Below, one piece after another: positions 21,956 to 32,085 of a DNA stretch of 64,000 bases (its first letter is position 1; each line of letters begins with the position of its first letter). This DNA comes from an uncultured Verrucomicrobiae bacterium (GTDB lineage: Bacteria > Verrucomicrobiota > Verrucomicrobiia > Chthoniobacterales > Chthoniobacteraceae). The stretch lies in the NCBI GenBank assembly GCA_963769025.1, contig CAVYKI010000012.1, forward strand, positions 480,001 to 544,000. Reading direction: 5' to 3'. The notes beneath the pieces are model-generated. The model saw only the letters and a list, made by a program, of their open reading frames with translations. It ran no database searches and was not told where the DNA came from. Made by a program: the position numbers and the translations under genes.

Positions 21956-22351
21956 TCAATTTGAGCGCCTGCGGGCGATGAAAAGCGCGGCCAGGAGCCC
22001 TGCGTCGAGCAGCACCGCGAGCGGATAGTTGGACTGGTTTGGACCGAGTCCGAAGCATCCGCAGGTGATGTCGAGACCGCGCGCCCATGCGCTGCCTAGC
22101 GCGATCAAGAATACGACGAGCATTCCACCGATGACCAGCGATGCGCCGCGGCGCCAAACGCCGGCGACGAGCGCGGTGCCGGCGAGGATTTCCAGCCACG
22201 GCAGGTAGAGCGCCAGCGCGGCGGACGCGGCAAATGGGAGCATGCGGTAGTTGTCCACGTCCTTCGCGAATTGCGCCGGATCGACCGCCTTGAGGACGCC
22301 AGCCGATAGGAAAACCCCGCCGACGATCAACCGCAGCAGCGGGACGATCAC
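21956..22351 (-). CDS. MauE/DoxX family membrane protein
   Basis: [31 protein letters not shown]. Confidence 0.85.
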   Translation of the reverse strand: MIVPLLRLIVGGVFLSAGVLKAVDPAQFAKDVDNYRMLPFAASAALALYLPWLEILAGTALVAGVWRRGASLVIGGMLVVFLIALGSAWARGLDITCGCFGLGPNQSNYPLAVLLDAGLLAALFIARRRSN

Positions 22352-22770
22352 TTTTTCTGCGCGTCCTTCCACGCTTCCCAACCTCCTTTCAAAACGTGGA
22401 CCGGCGCGAACCCGAACGCGCGAAGCCGCGCGGCCACGGCGGTGCTGTTGTCGCACTGGCGAGCATTGCAATAGACGACGGCAGCCCTGCCCATGGGCCA
22501 CGCCTGGAGCACGGCGGGCAAGAGGTCGTCCCACTCCTCTTCCGTCAGCCGCAGCGCGCCGGGCACATGGCCTTTTGCAAAATCCGCCGCGGACCGCGCA
22601 TCGACCCACAGGAAGCCGCCGGGCTGCCGCAGCGCATCGGACACGGAGATCTCGCCGTCGCGCAGCGGGACCGAAAATGTGGGGCGCTTCGGGTGAAAGA
22701 TCGCCGACAGTGCCGCGGGCAGCAGCGCGAGCAGCATGAGGGCGACGGCTTGGAGCAGCGTCCGGCGCAT
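22348..22770 (-). CDS. Rhodanese-like domain protein
   Basis: [26 protein letters not shown]. Confidence 0.85.
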   Translation of the reverse strand: MRRTLLQAVALMLLALLPAALSAIFHPKRPTFSVPLRDGEISVSDALRQPGGFLWVDARSAADFAKGHVPGALRLTEEEWDDLLPAVLQAWPMGRAAVVYCNARQCDNSTAVAARLRAFGFAPVHVLKGGWEAWKDAQKK

Positions 22771-22798
22771 CTGGAAAATTTGGGAAAGCGCGCACCGC

Positions 22799-23455
22799 TC
22801 ATTGCGGAGGTTGCCTCACCTGCGCGTAGCTGCGGATCGTTTTTTTCCGGCCCCCGAATTCCATGTCGATCGTCAACACGGCAAAGCTCGGCGTTGCCGT
22901 GCTGTCCGGTGTCACGGTGATCGTGTATTTTTTGCCTTCGCCGAGCGTCCCGATCGTCGCCTGGATGCGGGGTTCGCTGGAAGTCACTTTCACAACCCGC
23001 ACCGCCAGGCCGGGCATTGCATCGCACACGATCGTCTTCGCTTTTGCCTCCTCGCCCTTGTTCCAAAATAAGATCTCCGGGCTTATCTTCACGAGATCGG
23101 GGATCGCGACCACGAGCGTCAGGACGGACGGCTCCTTCGCACCCTTGATGTGCACGGTCACCGTCTTCGTCTGCACCCCGCGGCGGCCCGACGTGTCGAA
23201 GCGGCCCATGAGTTTGCTCCGCTCGCCGGGATCGAACGTCATCTTCGGGAGCGTGCCGGTGGCGCATCCGCAGGAAGATTCGATGCTTTCGATCACCACC
23301 GGCTCGCGACCCGCGTTCACGAACCCAAATTCCGCCTCCACGACCGTGTCATCCGGGCCGGGCGTGAGTTCCGCGCGCCGGCGATCCCATTTCAGTTCGC
23401 CGTGCGCGAAGCCGCCGCAGAGCGTGAACACGACGGCGATGAAAAATGCGTTCAT
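22799..23455 (-). CDS. DUF1573 Ig-like secreted protein
   Basis: Signal peptide, F.FVNAG..PVVIESIESSCGC, PGE. Confidence 0.8.
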   Translation of the reverse strand: MNAFFIAVVFTLCGGFAHGELKWDRRRAELTPGPDDTVVEAEFGFVNAGREPVVIESIESSCGCATGTLPKMTFDPGERSKLMGRFDTSGRRGVQTKTVTVHIKGAKEPSVLTLVVAIPDLVKISPEILFWNKGEEAKAKTIVCDAMPGLAVRVVKVTSSEPRIQATIGTLGEGKKYTITVTPDSTATPSFAVLTIDMEFGGRKKTIRSYAQVRQPPQ

Positions 23456-23525
23456 GGGCGGTTTGATTTTGCGCGGCGTTTCTGTTCGGGAGCGGGACTG
23501 GGGAGAGGGTCGCCGTTCATCGGAG

Positions 23526-24239
23526 CTACAGCGCGGGGACTGTCCTGACGATTTCGGCGCCCGCAGCGAGTTGTTCGAGCAATTCGGTGCGCGCCTGTTC
23601 GTAGCGGGTTTGGATTTCCGGATCGGGACTCGGGAAAAGGGCCGCCCTCTTGAGCACCAGGTTTTGCTCGAGGAACTGGCCCGTCAGGAACTGCTTTTCA
23701 AACTCCACCTGCTCCGCGCCGACTGAACTCCACGTCACCCCGCGGCTCCGGTAGCGGTCCAGATCGGCCTGATGCTTCGCGGGGATTTTTGCGAGGCGCT
23801 CCTGCTGCGCGTGCGTCAATGCCACGCCCTCGGCACGCGCCGCCTGGGAAATCAGTTCCGCATCGATTGCCCGCTGCAACCGGGATCGGTATTCCTCGCG
23901 GGTCAATTCTTTCTCCGTCTCTCCGGGCCGGACGGGCATCAGCGCCGCCAGCTTGACCGGTTTCCGGTTCACCATCGCCAGCACCTCGGTGACGGCGATG
24001 CTCCTGGGCGGCGTGGTGGGCAAGCGCGAGCTGGCGGCACCAGAATCCTTTGGCGAGGTCGCCGAATCCGGCGCGGGGCCGTTTCCCCTGTGCGATTCCG
24101 GGGCCCTGCCCAGCATCGTTGTTCCTGACTCCGCTCCGTGCGGTGCGGCCGATTGCGGATTGCCCTTCGGCCACAGCAACCATGCCACGGTGGCCGTGGC
24201 GACCGCGACGACGCAGGGGAGGAGGATTTTCGGTTTCAT
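23526..24239 (-). CDS. Membrane-anchored hypothetical protein, SurA N-terminal-like helical domain
   Basis: N-terminal TM, P/S-rich linker, VLAMVN..PV, LQRAIDAELISQAA..EGV. Confidence 0.5.
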   Translation of the reverse strand: MKPKILLPCVVAVATATVAWLLWPKGNPQSAAPHGAESGTTMLGRAPESHRGNGPAPDSATSPKDSGAASSRLPTTPPRSIAVTEVLAMVNRKPVKLAALMPVRPGETEKELTREEYRSRLQRAIDAELISQAARAEGVALTHAQQERLAKIPAKHQADLDRYRSRGVTWSSVGAEQVEFEKQFLTGQFLEQNLVLKRAALFPSPDPEIQTRYEQARTELLEQLAAGAEIVRTVPAL

Positions 24240-24327
24240 GAAATTCGCGCGGTCCGTCCGGCCTCCCACGCAGAGGACGACAGGCACAGATGCCTGCCCC
24301 TCGCAGGGAATGTCGGATGGGGCCGGC

Positions 24328-27300
24328 CTACTTGGCTTGCAGCAGGACCGTTTCCACCCTCGTTTCGCCGGTGCTGGTGTCTGTGATCGTCACCTGGAGG
24401 GTGAAGCAGTCCAGCGTCTGTGGCAGCGACTTGGTGTTGAGGTTGTATTTCAATTTGCCGTCGGTCTTGTCCATCACGCCGCCAGGTCCACCCTGGCCGT
24501 GGTAGTCGATCGGCAATGCGCCGGTATCGGCCGTGCCGCTGCAATCGGTGTCGCCGAACACGGCGACCGTGCCGATCACGTTGGAGTTCAAGGTCACATC
24601 CCCGGTGCACCCCAAGGCGCGGACTTTGATCGGGATGGTGCTGCCCAGCTTGAAGCGATACTTGAGGGTGCCGCCGCCGCTGGGATCGGTGTCCTCGCTC
24701 GCTCCGTTGCGGGCCAGCGGCTGGCCCCAGGTGATGCCGTCCGCGGCGAAGAGATCGGCGACGACCGTGACGACACTCTCGCACGTGTCGAACGCGCCCG
24801 CGGGATCGGTGACTGTCAGAGTGACGGTCGTCTGGCCGATCGGATACGGACCGGCCGGAGTCTGCACGATGGTGAGCGTGTCCCCATTGGGATCGTAGGA
24901 ACCGTCATCGATGGAGGCATTCGCCGTGGTGCCGCACCCGGCGGAAACCGTCACATCCTTGCACTTGGCGATGGGCGGCGCGTTGCCGGTAATAAGCCTG
25001 AACACCGTGCCGAAACCTACGCCGCCGCCTTGAAGGGTCGTGCCGTAAAGGAAGCCGTCCATCGCCCGTGCCAGCCTGCCAAAGGGGTAGGCGCCAGTCG
25101 CGGAGCTGTCGAAATTCAACTGGATGCTGAAACTGGTCCCATCCGGGTTCAACTGATACGCCGTGCCCTGGCCGCTGGTGCCACCTTGCAGCGCCGTGCC
25201 GTAGATCGTGCCGTCCGGCGCCTGCACCAGCCCGCCGCCTTGGTTGTAGCCGCCGCTCACGGAATAATCGAAGTCCTTGAGGATGCTGAAGCCGGTCCCG
25301 TCGGTGTTCACCTTGAACAAGGTGCCGGCCCCGAAGCTGCCGCCATAATACGTCGTGCCGTAGAGCGCACCGTCCGCGCCCTGCATCACCCCGGAGTAGA
25401 GGTTCAGGCCGGTCGTGGAGTAGTCGTCGAAGTTCTTGAGCACGGTGAACCCGGTGCCGTTCGTGTTCAGCTTGAACACCGTGCCGCCGCCACCGCTGCC
25501 GCCTTGGGACGCCGCGCCGTACAGCGCGCCATCCGTGCCCTGAATCAGCTCGCCCCAATAGAGGTAACCGCCGCTCGTGGAATAGTCGAAGTCCTTGAGG
25601 ACGGTGAAGCCGGTCCCATCGGTGTTCAGCTTGAACACCGTTCCATAGTCGGCGCCGCCGCCGTAGAGCGTCGTGCCGTAGAGCGCGCCATCCGTCCCCT
25701 GCTTCAGCCCGGCATAGGGGGACACGCCATCGGCATAGTTCAAGTCCTGGAGGACGGCGAAGCCGGTCCCGTCCGTATTCAGCGTGAACACGGTGCCGTA
25801 GCCATTCGCGCCGCCCTGGGAGGCCGTGCCGTAGAGCGCGCCATCCGTCCCCTCGATCAACGCTCCGTAGGGAGACGCGCCGGTCGTGGAAAAGTCGAAG
25901 CTCATGAGAACGGTGAAGCCGGTGCCGTCCACGTTCATCTTAAACACCGTGCCGCCGCCCATGCTGCCGCCTTGCGAGGTCGTGCCGTACAGTGCGCCGT
26001 CTGTCCCGAGCAAGACCCCGGCATACGGAGAGCCGCCGGATTCGGCCGCGTCGGCACTGTAGGAGAAATTGATGATGACGCCGAAACCGCTCCCGTCCGT
26101 GTTCAGCTTAAACGCCGTGCCGTAGCCGCTGGCGCCGCCCCGGAGCGCCGTGCCGTAGAGCACGCCATCCGTGCCTTCGATCAGCTCACCGCCCTGGGGC
26201 AATGCGCCATCGGGAAAACTGAAATTCCTGAGTACGGTGAACCCGGTCCCGTCCGTATTCAGCTTGAACACCGTGCCGTAACCGTCGCTCCCGCCGGAAC
26301 GCGCCGTGCCGTAGAGCGCGCCGTCGGTCCCCTGCTTCACCCCGGCATAGAGGTAGCCCCCCGTCGTGGAATAGTCGAAGTCGCCCTTGAGCACGGTGAA
26401 CCCCGTCCCGTCCGTGTTCAGCTTGAACACCGTGCCGAAGCCGCCGCTCCCGCCTTGGGACGCCGTGCCGTAGAGCGCGCCGTCCGTCCCCTGGATCAGT
26501 TCGCCGGCCCGCGGGATGACGCCGTCGGAATAGCTGAACTCCTTGAGGACGCTGAAGCCGGTGCCGTTGGTGTTCAGCTTGAACACCGTGCCGAAGTAGC
26601 TGCTGCCCCCCTCGGACGCCGTGCCGTAGAGCTTGCCGTCCGTCCCCTGCACGAGCCCGGCACCGAGGTAGCCCCCGGTCGTGGAATAGTCGAAGTTCTG
26701 GAGGACGGTGAATCCGGTGCCGTCCGTATTCAGCTTGAACGCCGTGCCTGCCCCGCCACTGCCGCCGTAGAATGTCGTGCCGTAAAGCGCGCCGTCCGTT
26801 CCTTGGATCAGATTGCCAAATGGGTAGTAGCCGCTTGCGGCATAATCGAGGTCCTTCAGGACGGTGAACCCGGTGCCGTCCGTGTTCAGCTTGAACACGG
26901 TGCCACCGCCGATGCTCCCGCCGTAGAGCGCCGTGCCGTAAAGCGCGCCGTCCGCCCCCTGCACCAAAGTCCCATACGGATAGTAGCCGGTCGTCGAGAA
27001 GTCGAAGCTCTTGAGGACGCTCAAGCCCGTGCCGTCCTTGTTCACCTTGAACACCGTGCCGGCATCATTGCTCCCACCTTGGGAAGCCGTGCCGTAGAGC
27101 GCGCCATCCGTTCCCTCGATCAGTCCGCTGTACGGGGAGACACCGGTGGCCGGCTTTCCAAAGGACTTCAGCTGCTGGTACGTGGCGGCGGCCTGTGCAT
27201 CGCCGCGGAGCGAAACCAGCGGCACCCAGCACGCTGCGCATGCCAGCAAGGTGAGCCAGCACCGGCCGGCGGATGCTGCTGTGAGATTTGCTGCGATCGC

Positions 27301-27357
27301 ACGCAGCGTTGACGTGAGCCCGGAGAGGGCGTTCATGGTCTTGCAGATCGTTTTCAT
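24328..27357 (-). CDS. Secreted tandem-repeat beta-propeller protein (GloVer-type repeats x14) with C-terminal Ig-like domains
   Basis: 14 copies of G.LYGT..GG...GTVFKLNTDGTGF; C-terminal NAPPIA.C..S.DP.GD..T.TLTVTD and FKLGSTIPIK. Confidence 0.85.
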   Translation of the reverse strand: MKTICKTMNALSGLTSTLRAIAANLTAASAGRCWLTLLACAACWVPLVSLRGDAQAAATYQQLKSFGKPATGVSPYSGLIEGTDGALYGTASQGGSNDAGTVFKVNKDGTGLSVLKSFDFSTTGYYPYGTLVQGADGALYGTALYGGSIGGGTVFKLNTDGTGFTVLKDLDYAASGYYPFGNLIQGTDGALYGTTFYGGSGGAGTAFKLNTDGTGFTVLQNFDYSTTGGYLGAGLVQGTDGKLYGTASEGGSSYFGTVFKLNTNGTGFSVLKEFSYSDGVIPRAGELIQGTDGALYGTASQGGSGGFGTVFKLNTDGTGFTVLKGDFDYSTTGGYLYAGVKQGTDGALYGTARSGGSDGYGTVFKLNTDGTGFTVLRNFSFPDGALPQGGELIEGTDGVLYGTALRGGASGYGTAFKLNTDGSGFGVIINFSYSADAAESGGSPYAGVLLGTDGALYGTTSQGGSMGGGTVFKMNVDGTGFTVLMSFDFSTTGASPYGALIEGTDGALYGTASQGGANGYGTVFTLNTDGTGFAVLQDLNYADGVSPYAGLKQGTDGALYGTTLYGGGADYGTVFKLNTDGTGFTVLKDFDYSTSGGYLYWGELIQGTDGALYGAASQGGSGGGGTVFKLNTNGTGFTVLKNFDDYSTTGLNLYSGVMQGADGALYGTTYYGGSFGAGTLFKVNTDGTGFSILKDFDYSVSGGYNQGGGLVQAPDGTIYGTALQGGTSGQGTAYQLNPDGTSFSIQLNFDSSATGAYPFGRLARAMDGFLYGTTLQGGGVGFGTVFRLITGNAPPIAKCKDVTVSAGCGTTANASIDDGSYDPNGDTLTIVQTPAGPYPIGQTTVTLTVTDPAGAFDTCESVVTVVADLFAADGITWGQPLARNGASEDTDPSGGGTLKYRFKLGSTIPIKVRALGCTGDVTLNSNVIGTVAVFGDTDCSGTADTGALPIDYHGQGGPGGVMDKTDGKLKYNLNTKSLPQTLDCFTLQVTITDTSTGETRVETVLLQAK

Positions 27358-27590
27358 ACGGTTTGGGGTATCGGGTTGTTGCGTTTGGTGCGCACAATCT
27401 CCCATGGCGCACGGTGGATGTTCGGACCGCTGCTCGAACCGCGACACAACCCCACTCCACGCTGCTTGAAAAAGCATCCCGGTTGTCGCAAAGGGTTCAT
27501 AGCTTTCTTAGGGACCTCGATTGCCATGCTCGGCAAACCGCCCCACGTCGGTCAAGCCCAAACCTCCATGTTGCCCCCACCCGGTGCGGG

Positions 27591-29480
27591 CTACGGGACG
27601 ACGCGGAAGAGCCGGGTGTTGTTCACGCCGGTGAGCGCATTTGCCGCCGGGAGCGGCACCTGCTCGAGCCACGCCGGCGGGAATGCCTGCGGACCGCCGA
27701 GGCGGTACACGAGCGTCCGTTTCACCGTGGCCGCGTCGGTTTCGCCGTCTCCCATGAAGGCGCCGGTCATCACGGTGCCGGGCCGGGCCTTCAGCACGAC
27801 ATGCGTGACGCCGCGGCGCCGGCAGATCGCGCGGGCCGCGGTGTCGTCGGTGGAGAGCCAGAAAGCGGTGCTGTCCCGCAGGCCGTCCACGCATTCCCAG
27901 TACTGCGAGCCGACGAGCTCCGCGCCTGCGAAGTCGTGGAGCCAGACATAGTTCGCGTTCGACTGGTCCGTGATGATGCGCAACGGGCGGCCATCGTTGT
28001 TTTGGCGCAGGAAAAGCCCGAGGTCGCGCGCAGCCTGCCAGTCCACGTTCACATACGAATACCCGAGATCGAAAGTTCCCCGCCCGACCTGCCATAGCGA
28101 ATACCCCGAACTGGAAAGCGCCGCGACCACGGCGACGGGCCGCAGCCAGCCGAACCGCCACGGAGGAATCGGGACCATCCACGCGACGAGCATCGCAGCC
28201 GCCGCGAGGCCGGCCCAGCGCACCTGCATCCCCGCGAGGAGCAGAAGCAGAAACCCCGCGCCGAGCGGGACGATCGTCACCGGAGCGAGCTTGCCCGCGC
28301 GCGCGGCGACGCGTGCCCCGAGCAATCCCGCAAGGGCGATTCCCAGCAGTGAAAAGTACGCCGCCTTCGCAGCCGCGGAAGTCTGCAGGATCGGCGTGGT
28401 CTCGACCCCCATGCGGAACAGCGCGACGATGACCGGCTCGCGCGGCGAGTAGAGCGCCGCGGGAAGCGCGAGGATCGTCAGCGGCAGTTGCGCGACGGCA
28501 AGGCCGGCGACCAGCAGGCCCGGCGTGACGAACCGGCCCGCGGCGCGCGCGGACTGGAAGCGCGCGGTGAATTCCCCGAGGCCGATCCACGCGAGCGCGA
28601 AGAGCGGATGGTTCACCTCCAGACGGAACGGCCACGGGCCCGGCGCATATTCGAGCGCGAAGAACGCGAGCGCGAAACCGCCGCCCGCCCAGCCCCACAG
28701 CCGCCACAGCGGCGCGAATTCATCCGCGGCCGTCCCCTTCGGGCGAAGAAACGGCCAGGCGCAGCCACCAAGCGCCACGGCCCCGAGGATGACGAATTCC
28801 ACCGTGGCGCCGATCCACAGTCCCATCGCGCAGAAAAATGAGGCCGCGACCATCCATCCGCGGCGATGCCTTTCATCCGGCCAGAGCGCGCACGCAAGGC
28901 ACGAGAGCCCGGCGAGCACCGCGCCGTCGTGGAGCCCGTGATGGTCCGGCCGCGCAAAGGCGAGGTCCGTGGCGAGCGGCTCCAGCGTGGCGAGCATCAG
29001 CGCGCCGGCAGCCGTTTTCACCGCCCCGGCGCGACGCCAAAATACCGCGACGAATGCGGCGACGAGCAGCGCGTGGAGGATCGCCTCGCTGTGGTCCGCG
29101 GCCCACGCGAGGTGTTCGAGCGCCGTCCCGCCGCCCATGATCGCGCGCGCCTTGGCGAGCAGGATCATCCACCACGCGTACGACGAGCTCCAATGCACCG
29201 GACGGCCGAAGGGCGTGTTATCGAGCGTCGTCCAGTGGATGCGCCAGCGGCCCTCGGTGAGCATTTCGCGCGCGTAGAGGAACCAGTAATTCCCGTCCGC
29301 GTCCGCGTAGGTCGCCATCGTCTTCGGCTGCGTCCATTCCGTGATCGGCGGGAACTTCGCGTCGGCAAATGCGTGGCGCTCCCGCGTGTCCTTCCAGCCC
29401 CAATGCGCCTGGAGCGCGACCAGACCGATCGCGGCGGCCAGCACGGCGACGAAGGCAAGCCACTGGGATCGGAATTTCAT
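27591..29480 (-). CDS. STT3/AglB-like GT-C membrane glycosyltransferase (atypical oligosaccharyltransferase-like)
   Basis: First-loop DADGNYW, DNTPFGRPVHW, RPDHH (DHH motif), about 13 TM segments, soluble C-terminal domain; no WWDYG. Confidence 0.6.
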   Translation of the reverse strand: MKFRSQWLAFVAVLAAAIGLVALQAHWGWKDTRERHAFADAKFPPITEWTQPKTMATYADADGNYWFLYAREMLTEGRWRIHWTTLDNTPFGRPVHWSSSYAWWMILLAKARAIMGGGTALEHLAWAADHSEAILHALLVAAFVAVFWRRAGAVKTAAGALMLATLEPLATDLAFARPDHHGLHDGAVLAGLSCLACALWPDERHRRGWMVAASFFCAMGLWIGATVEFVILGAVALGGCAWPFLRPKGTAADEFAPLWRLWGWAGGGFALAFFALEYAPGPWPFRLEVNHPLFALAWIGLGEFTARFQSARAAGRFVTPGLLVAGLAVAQLPLTILALPAALYSPREPVIVALFRMGVETTPILQTSAAAKAAYFSLLGIALAGLLGARVAARAGKLAPVTIVPLGAGFLLLLLAGMQVRWAGLAAAAMLVAWMVPIPPWRFGWLRPVAVVAALSSSGYSLWQVGRGTFDLGYSYVNVDWQAARDLGLFLRQNNDGRPLRIITDQSNANYVWLHDFAGAELVGSQYWECVDGLRDSTAFWLSTDDTAARAICRRRGVTHVVLKARPGTVMTGAFMGDGETDAATVKRTLVYRLGGPQAFPPAWLEQVPLPAANALTGVNNTRLFRVVP

Positions 29481-29523
29481 GGGCAGGCCGCCCGTGCATC
29501 GCAGCCGCCGTGCCGCCGTGCCT

Positions 29524-30069
29524 TCAAATCGTCCATTCCACCGGCACGCTCTTGCGCTGCTTGAAGCGGTCGTCGTAGAGCACCTTCCGGTTCGCAGCGC
29601 CGTATTCGTGGACGAGCTTCGTGCACTTCACGTCGAAGCAGCAGTACTCGGCGATGTCCAAAAGCTTGCCCTCGCGCCACCAGCGGATCGCATCGAGCCC
29701 GTCGCCGGTCTTGCCGACACCGATGCTGGCGCTCGCGACGGCGTCGAGCCCGAGGCGGTGGCCGAGCTTCGCCTCGATGTCCACGAGCAGGTCGAGCGTG
29801 CGGCACTGGTGCGGCAGGTCGAGGATCGTGTAGGCCATGAGCACCTCGTAGTCGAAATTGATCACGTTGAACCCGACGACGAGATCGGCGCGCAGGAGCT
29901 GGTCCACGAGGTCGTCCACGCGCTTTTCGCTGAAGATGCGGTATTCGCCGGTCTTTGTGCTGTAGGTCACGCCGAGGCTCATGCCCATGTCGCGCTTCTT
30001 GTCCCAGCCGCCGACATCGTTGGCGGTGCGCTGGGTCTCGAGATCGAAATAGACGATGTCACGCGACAT
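29524..30069 (-). CDS. RNase H-like (DEDD) domain protein, YprB-like
   Basis: VYFDLETQ, VVGFN..NFD, YC..DV. Confidence 0.8.
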   Translation of the reverse strand: MSRDIVYFDLETQRTANDVGGWDKKRDMGMSLGVTYSTKTGEYRIFSEKRVDDLVDQLLRADLVVGFNVINFDYEVLMAYTILDLPHQCRTLDLLVDIEAKLGHRLGLDAVASASIGVGKTGDGLDAIRWWREGKLLDIAEYCCFDVKCTKLVHEYGAANRKVLYDDRFKQRKSVPVEWTI

Positions 30070-30198
30070 GAAGCGCGTTGTAGGCGAGCACGCGGGGGCG
30101 TCAAGCGGCGGGCTCGGAATGGGCCGGCTTTTGGAAAAAATGGATCAGTCGAGGGCTTGCTGGCTTTTCCCCGGCGAGCCCTGTAAGAACTGCGCCCG

Positions 30199-32085
30199 AT
30201 GTTATACGACCGGACCCCGACGCCGCGCATCCTCTGGTGGGGCGCGATTATTTTCAGCGCCATCGCGATCGCCGACTCATGGTTCCGGTGGTGGACGTTT
30301 CAGTACTCCACGTTCGACCTCGCATTCTACGCGCAGGGCATGTGGCTCGCGGGCCAGGGAATCTGGAACGTGTCGCTGCTCGGCGTGCCGCTGATGGGCA
30401 ACCACCAGGACCCGATCATTTTTCTCGCGCTGCCGTTCTTCAAGCTGTGGCCGCACCCGATGCTGCTGGTGATCCTGCAGACGCTGGTGCTGGCGACGAT
30501 GCCGTTCATCGGCTGGCGCATCGCACAGCAGCTCGAGTTCGGGCCAAGGGCGGCGGTCTGGCTGGGAATGGCGACGCTGCTCGCGCCGGCCACGGGCTTC
30601 ATAGCGTTGCACGAATTCCACCCCGAGGCGCTCGTCGCGCCGCTGCTCCTGCTGATGTTCGAGGCGCGGATGAAACGTCGGCCCGGCGCATACTGGGTGT
30701 CGTTCCTCCTCGTGCTCATGTGCAAGGAGAGCATGGGCCTGCTGCTCGCGTGGATCTCGGCCGTGCATTACATGATCGAGCGCGACCGCGACCGCGAATG
30801 GCGCGTCGGCTGGAACATCATCCCAGGCTGCGTCGCGCTCGGCTGGTTTCTCGTGTGCCTGTTTTTCATAGGGCCGTCGCTGAATGCCGGACGCGTGGAT
30901 TTCCTGGAGGTGTATTCGCATCTCGGCGACTCCGGCGCGGGCATCCTCACCGGGTTTTTCACGCATCCGTCGAAGGCCGCCGGGGCGCTCTGGACCGGCA
31001 TCAAGGGCGGCGATCTCACGTGGGGCACGCTTGTTCCGTTCCTCCTGCTCCCGCTCCTGCGGCCGCGGTGGATTGTCATGGCGCTGCCCATTTTCCTCCA
31101 GCACCTGCTCTCGTGGCGGCAGTCGGAATGGAGCATCCATTTCCATTACGCCGCGCCGCTCGTGCCGCTGCTCTGGCTCGGCACGGCCGAGGCGGGCTCC
31201 GCGCTTTTCTGGCGGGACATCCTCGCGCGCTGGGTCACGCTCGCGTGCATCGCTTGCAATGTCTGGTTCGGCCCGCTCCGCGCCGTGTGGGGCACCGCGA
31301 CAGGAGCCGGGGCTGCGCTCTGGGCCCGCGATTGGAAGAGCGCCATGCTCGTGGCCGTGCCGGGCGATGCGAGCGTCGTCGCCGGCATGCCGTACCTCTC
31401 CCATCTTACGAAACGCGAGCACCTTTACTCCCTCCACCACGTGCTCAAGGGCCTGAACACGCTCAGCCGGACCGAATACAAGCCGCCCGCGGCGACGGAC
31501 GCCATCATCATGGACACGGCGGACCGCGCGACATTCGACACAGCGGCCGGGATCTATCACCCGCAGATGCGCACCACCGACGGCCGGATCATCCCGTCCT
31601 CCGACATGCTCCTGCACCAGTTCATGCGGCAGGCCGAGTGGCACACCGTCGCGAGGAATGAGTTCACCATTTTCCTGAAAGGCGCGCCGCCGGCTCCGAC
31701 GCAGCCCTTCGGCGGCGCAGGCCGCAAGCTCGACGACCACACCACGCTCATCGCGTGCGAAGGAATGCCGCCGCTGCCCGGCGACCCGATGCTCTTCGCT
31801 ATGGCCTGGGATCTGAAGGCGAAGCGCGAGTCCATCCTGTCCGCGAAGCTCTACCTGATCGCCGAGAACGGGACGCAGCACCCGATCGGCAAGGGCCCCA
31901 TCGCCCTCGGCGTGGAGGCCGGGCGCTACACCGAGGCCTGGGCCGTGCGTCCGCCGCCTTCCGTGCCGGCGGGAAAATATCGCGGGCTCCTGCTCATCTA
32001 CGATCCGTTCGAGAGCATCCCGTCGCCGAACCGCACGCCGTTCAAGCGCGTCACGTTCGACGTCGGCTCCTTTACGCTAAAGTAG
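30199..32085 (+). CDS. DUF2079 family membrane protein (GT-C-like)
   Basis: TFDLAFYAQ, GNHQDPI, EFHPE, CKE, HFHY motifs. Confidence 0.8.
   Translation: MLYDRTPTPRILWWGAIIFSAIAIADSWFRWWTFQYSTFDLAFYAQGMWLAGQGIWNVSLLGVPLMGNHQDPIIFLALPFFKLWPHPMLLVILQTLVLATMPFIGWRIAQQLEFGPRAAVWLGMATLLAPATGFIALHEFHPEALVAPLLLLMFEARMKRRPGAYWVSFLLVLMCKESMGLLLAWISAVHYMIERDRDREWRVGWNIIPGCVALGWFLVCLFFIGPSLNAGRVDFLEVYSHLGDSGAGILTGFFTHPSKAAGALWTGIKGGDLTWGTLVPFLLLPLLRPRWIVMALPIFLQHLLSWRQSEWSIHFHYAAPLVPLLWLGTAEAGSALFWRDILARWVTLACIACNVWFGPLRAVWGTATGAGAALWARDWKSAMLVAVPGDASVVAGMPYLSHLTKREHLYSLHHVLKGLNTLSRTEYKPPAATDAIIMDTADRATFDTAAGIYHPQMRTTDGRIIPSSDMLLHQFMRQAEWHTVARNEFTIFLKGAPPAPTQPFGGAGRKLDDHTTLIACEGMPPLPGDPMLFAMAWDLKAKRESILSAKLYLIAENGTQHPIGKGPIALGVEAGRYTEAWAVRPPPSVPAGKYRGLLLIYDPFESIPSPNRTPFKRVTFDVGSFTLK

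Noticed and set aside
23953..27312. 1119-aa plus-strand repetitive ORF
   Set aside because: Antisense shadow of the propeller-repeat gene
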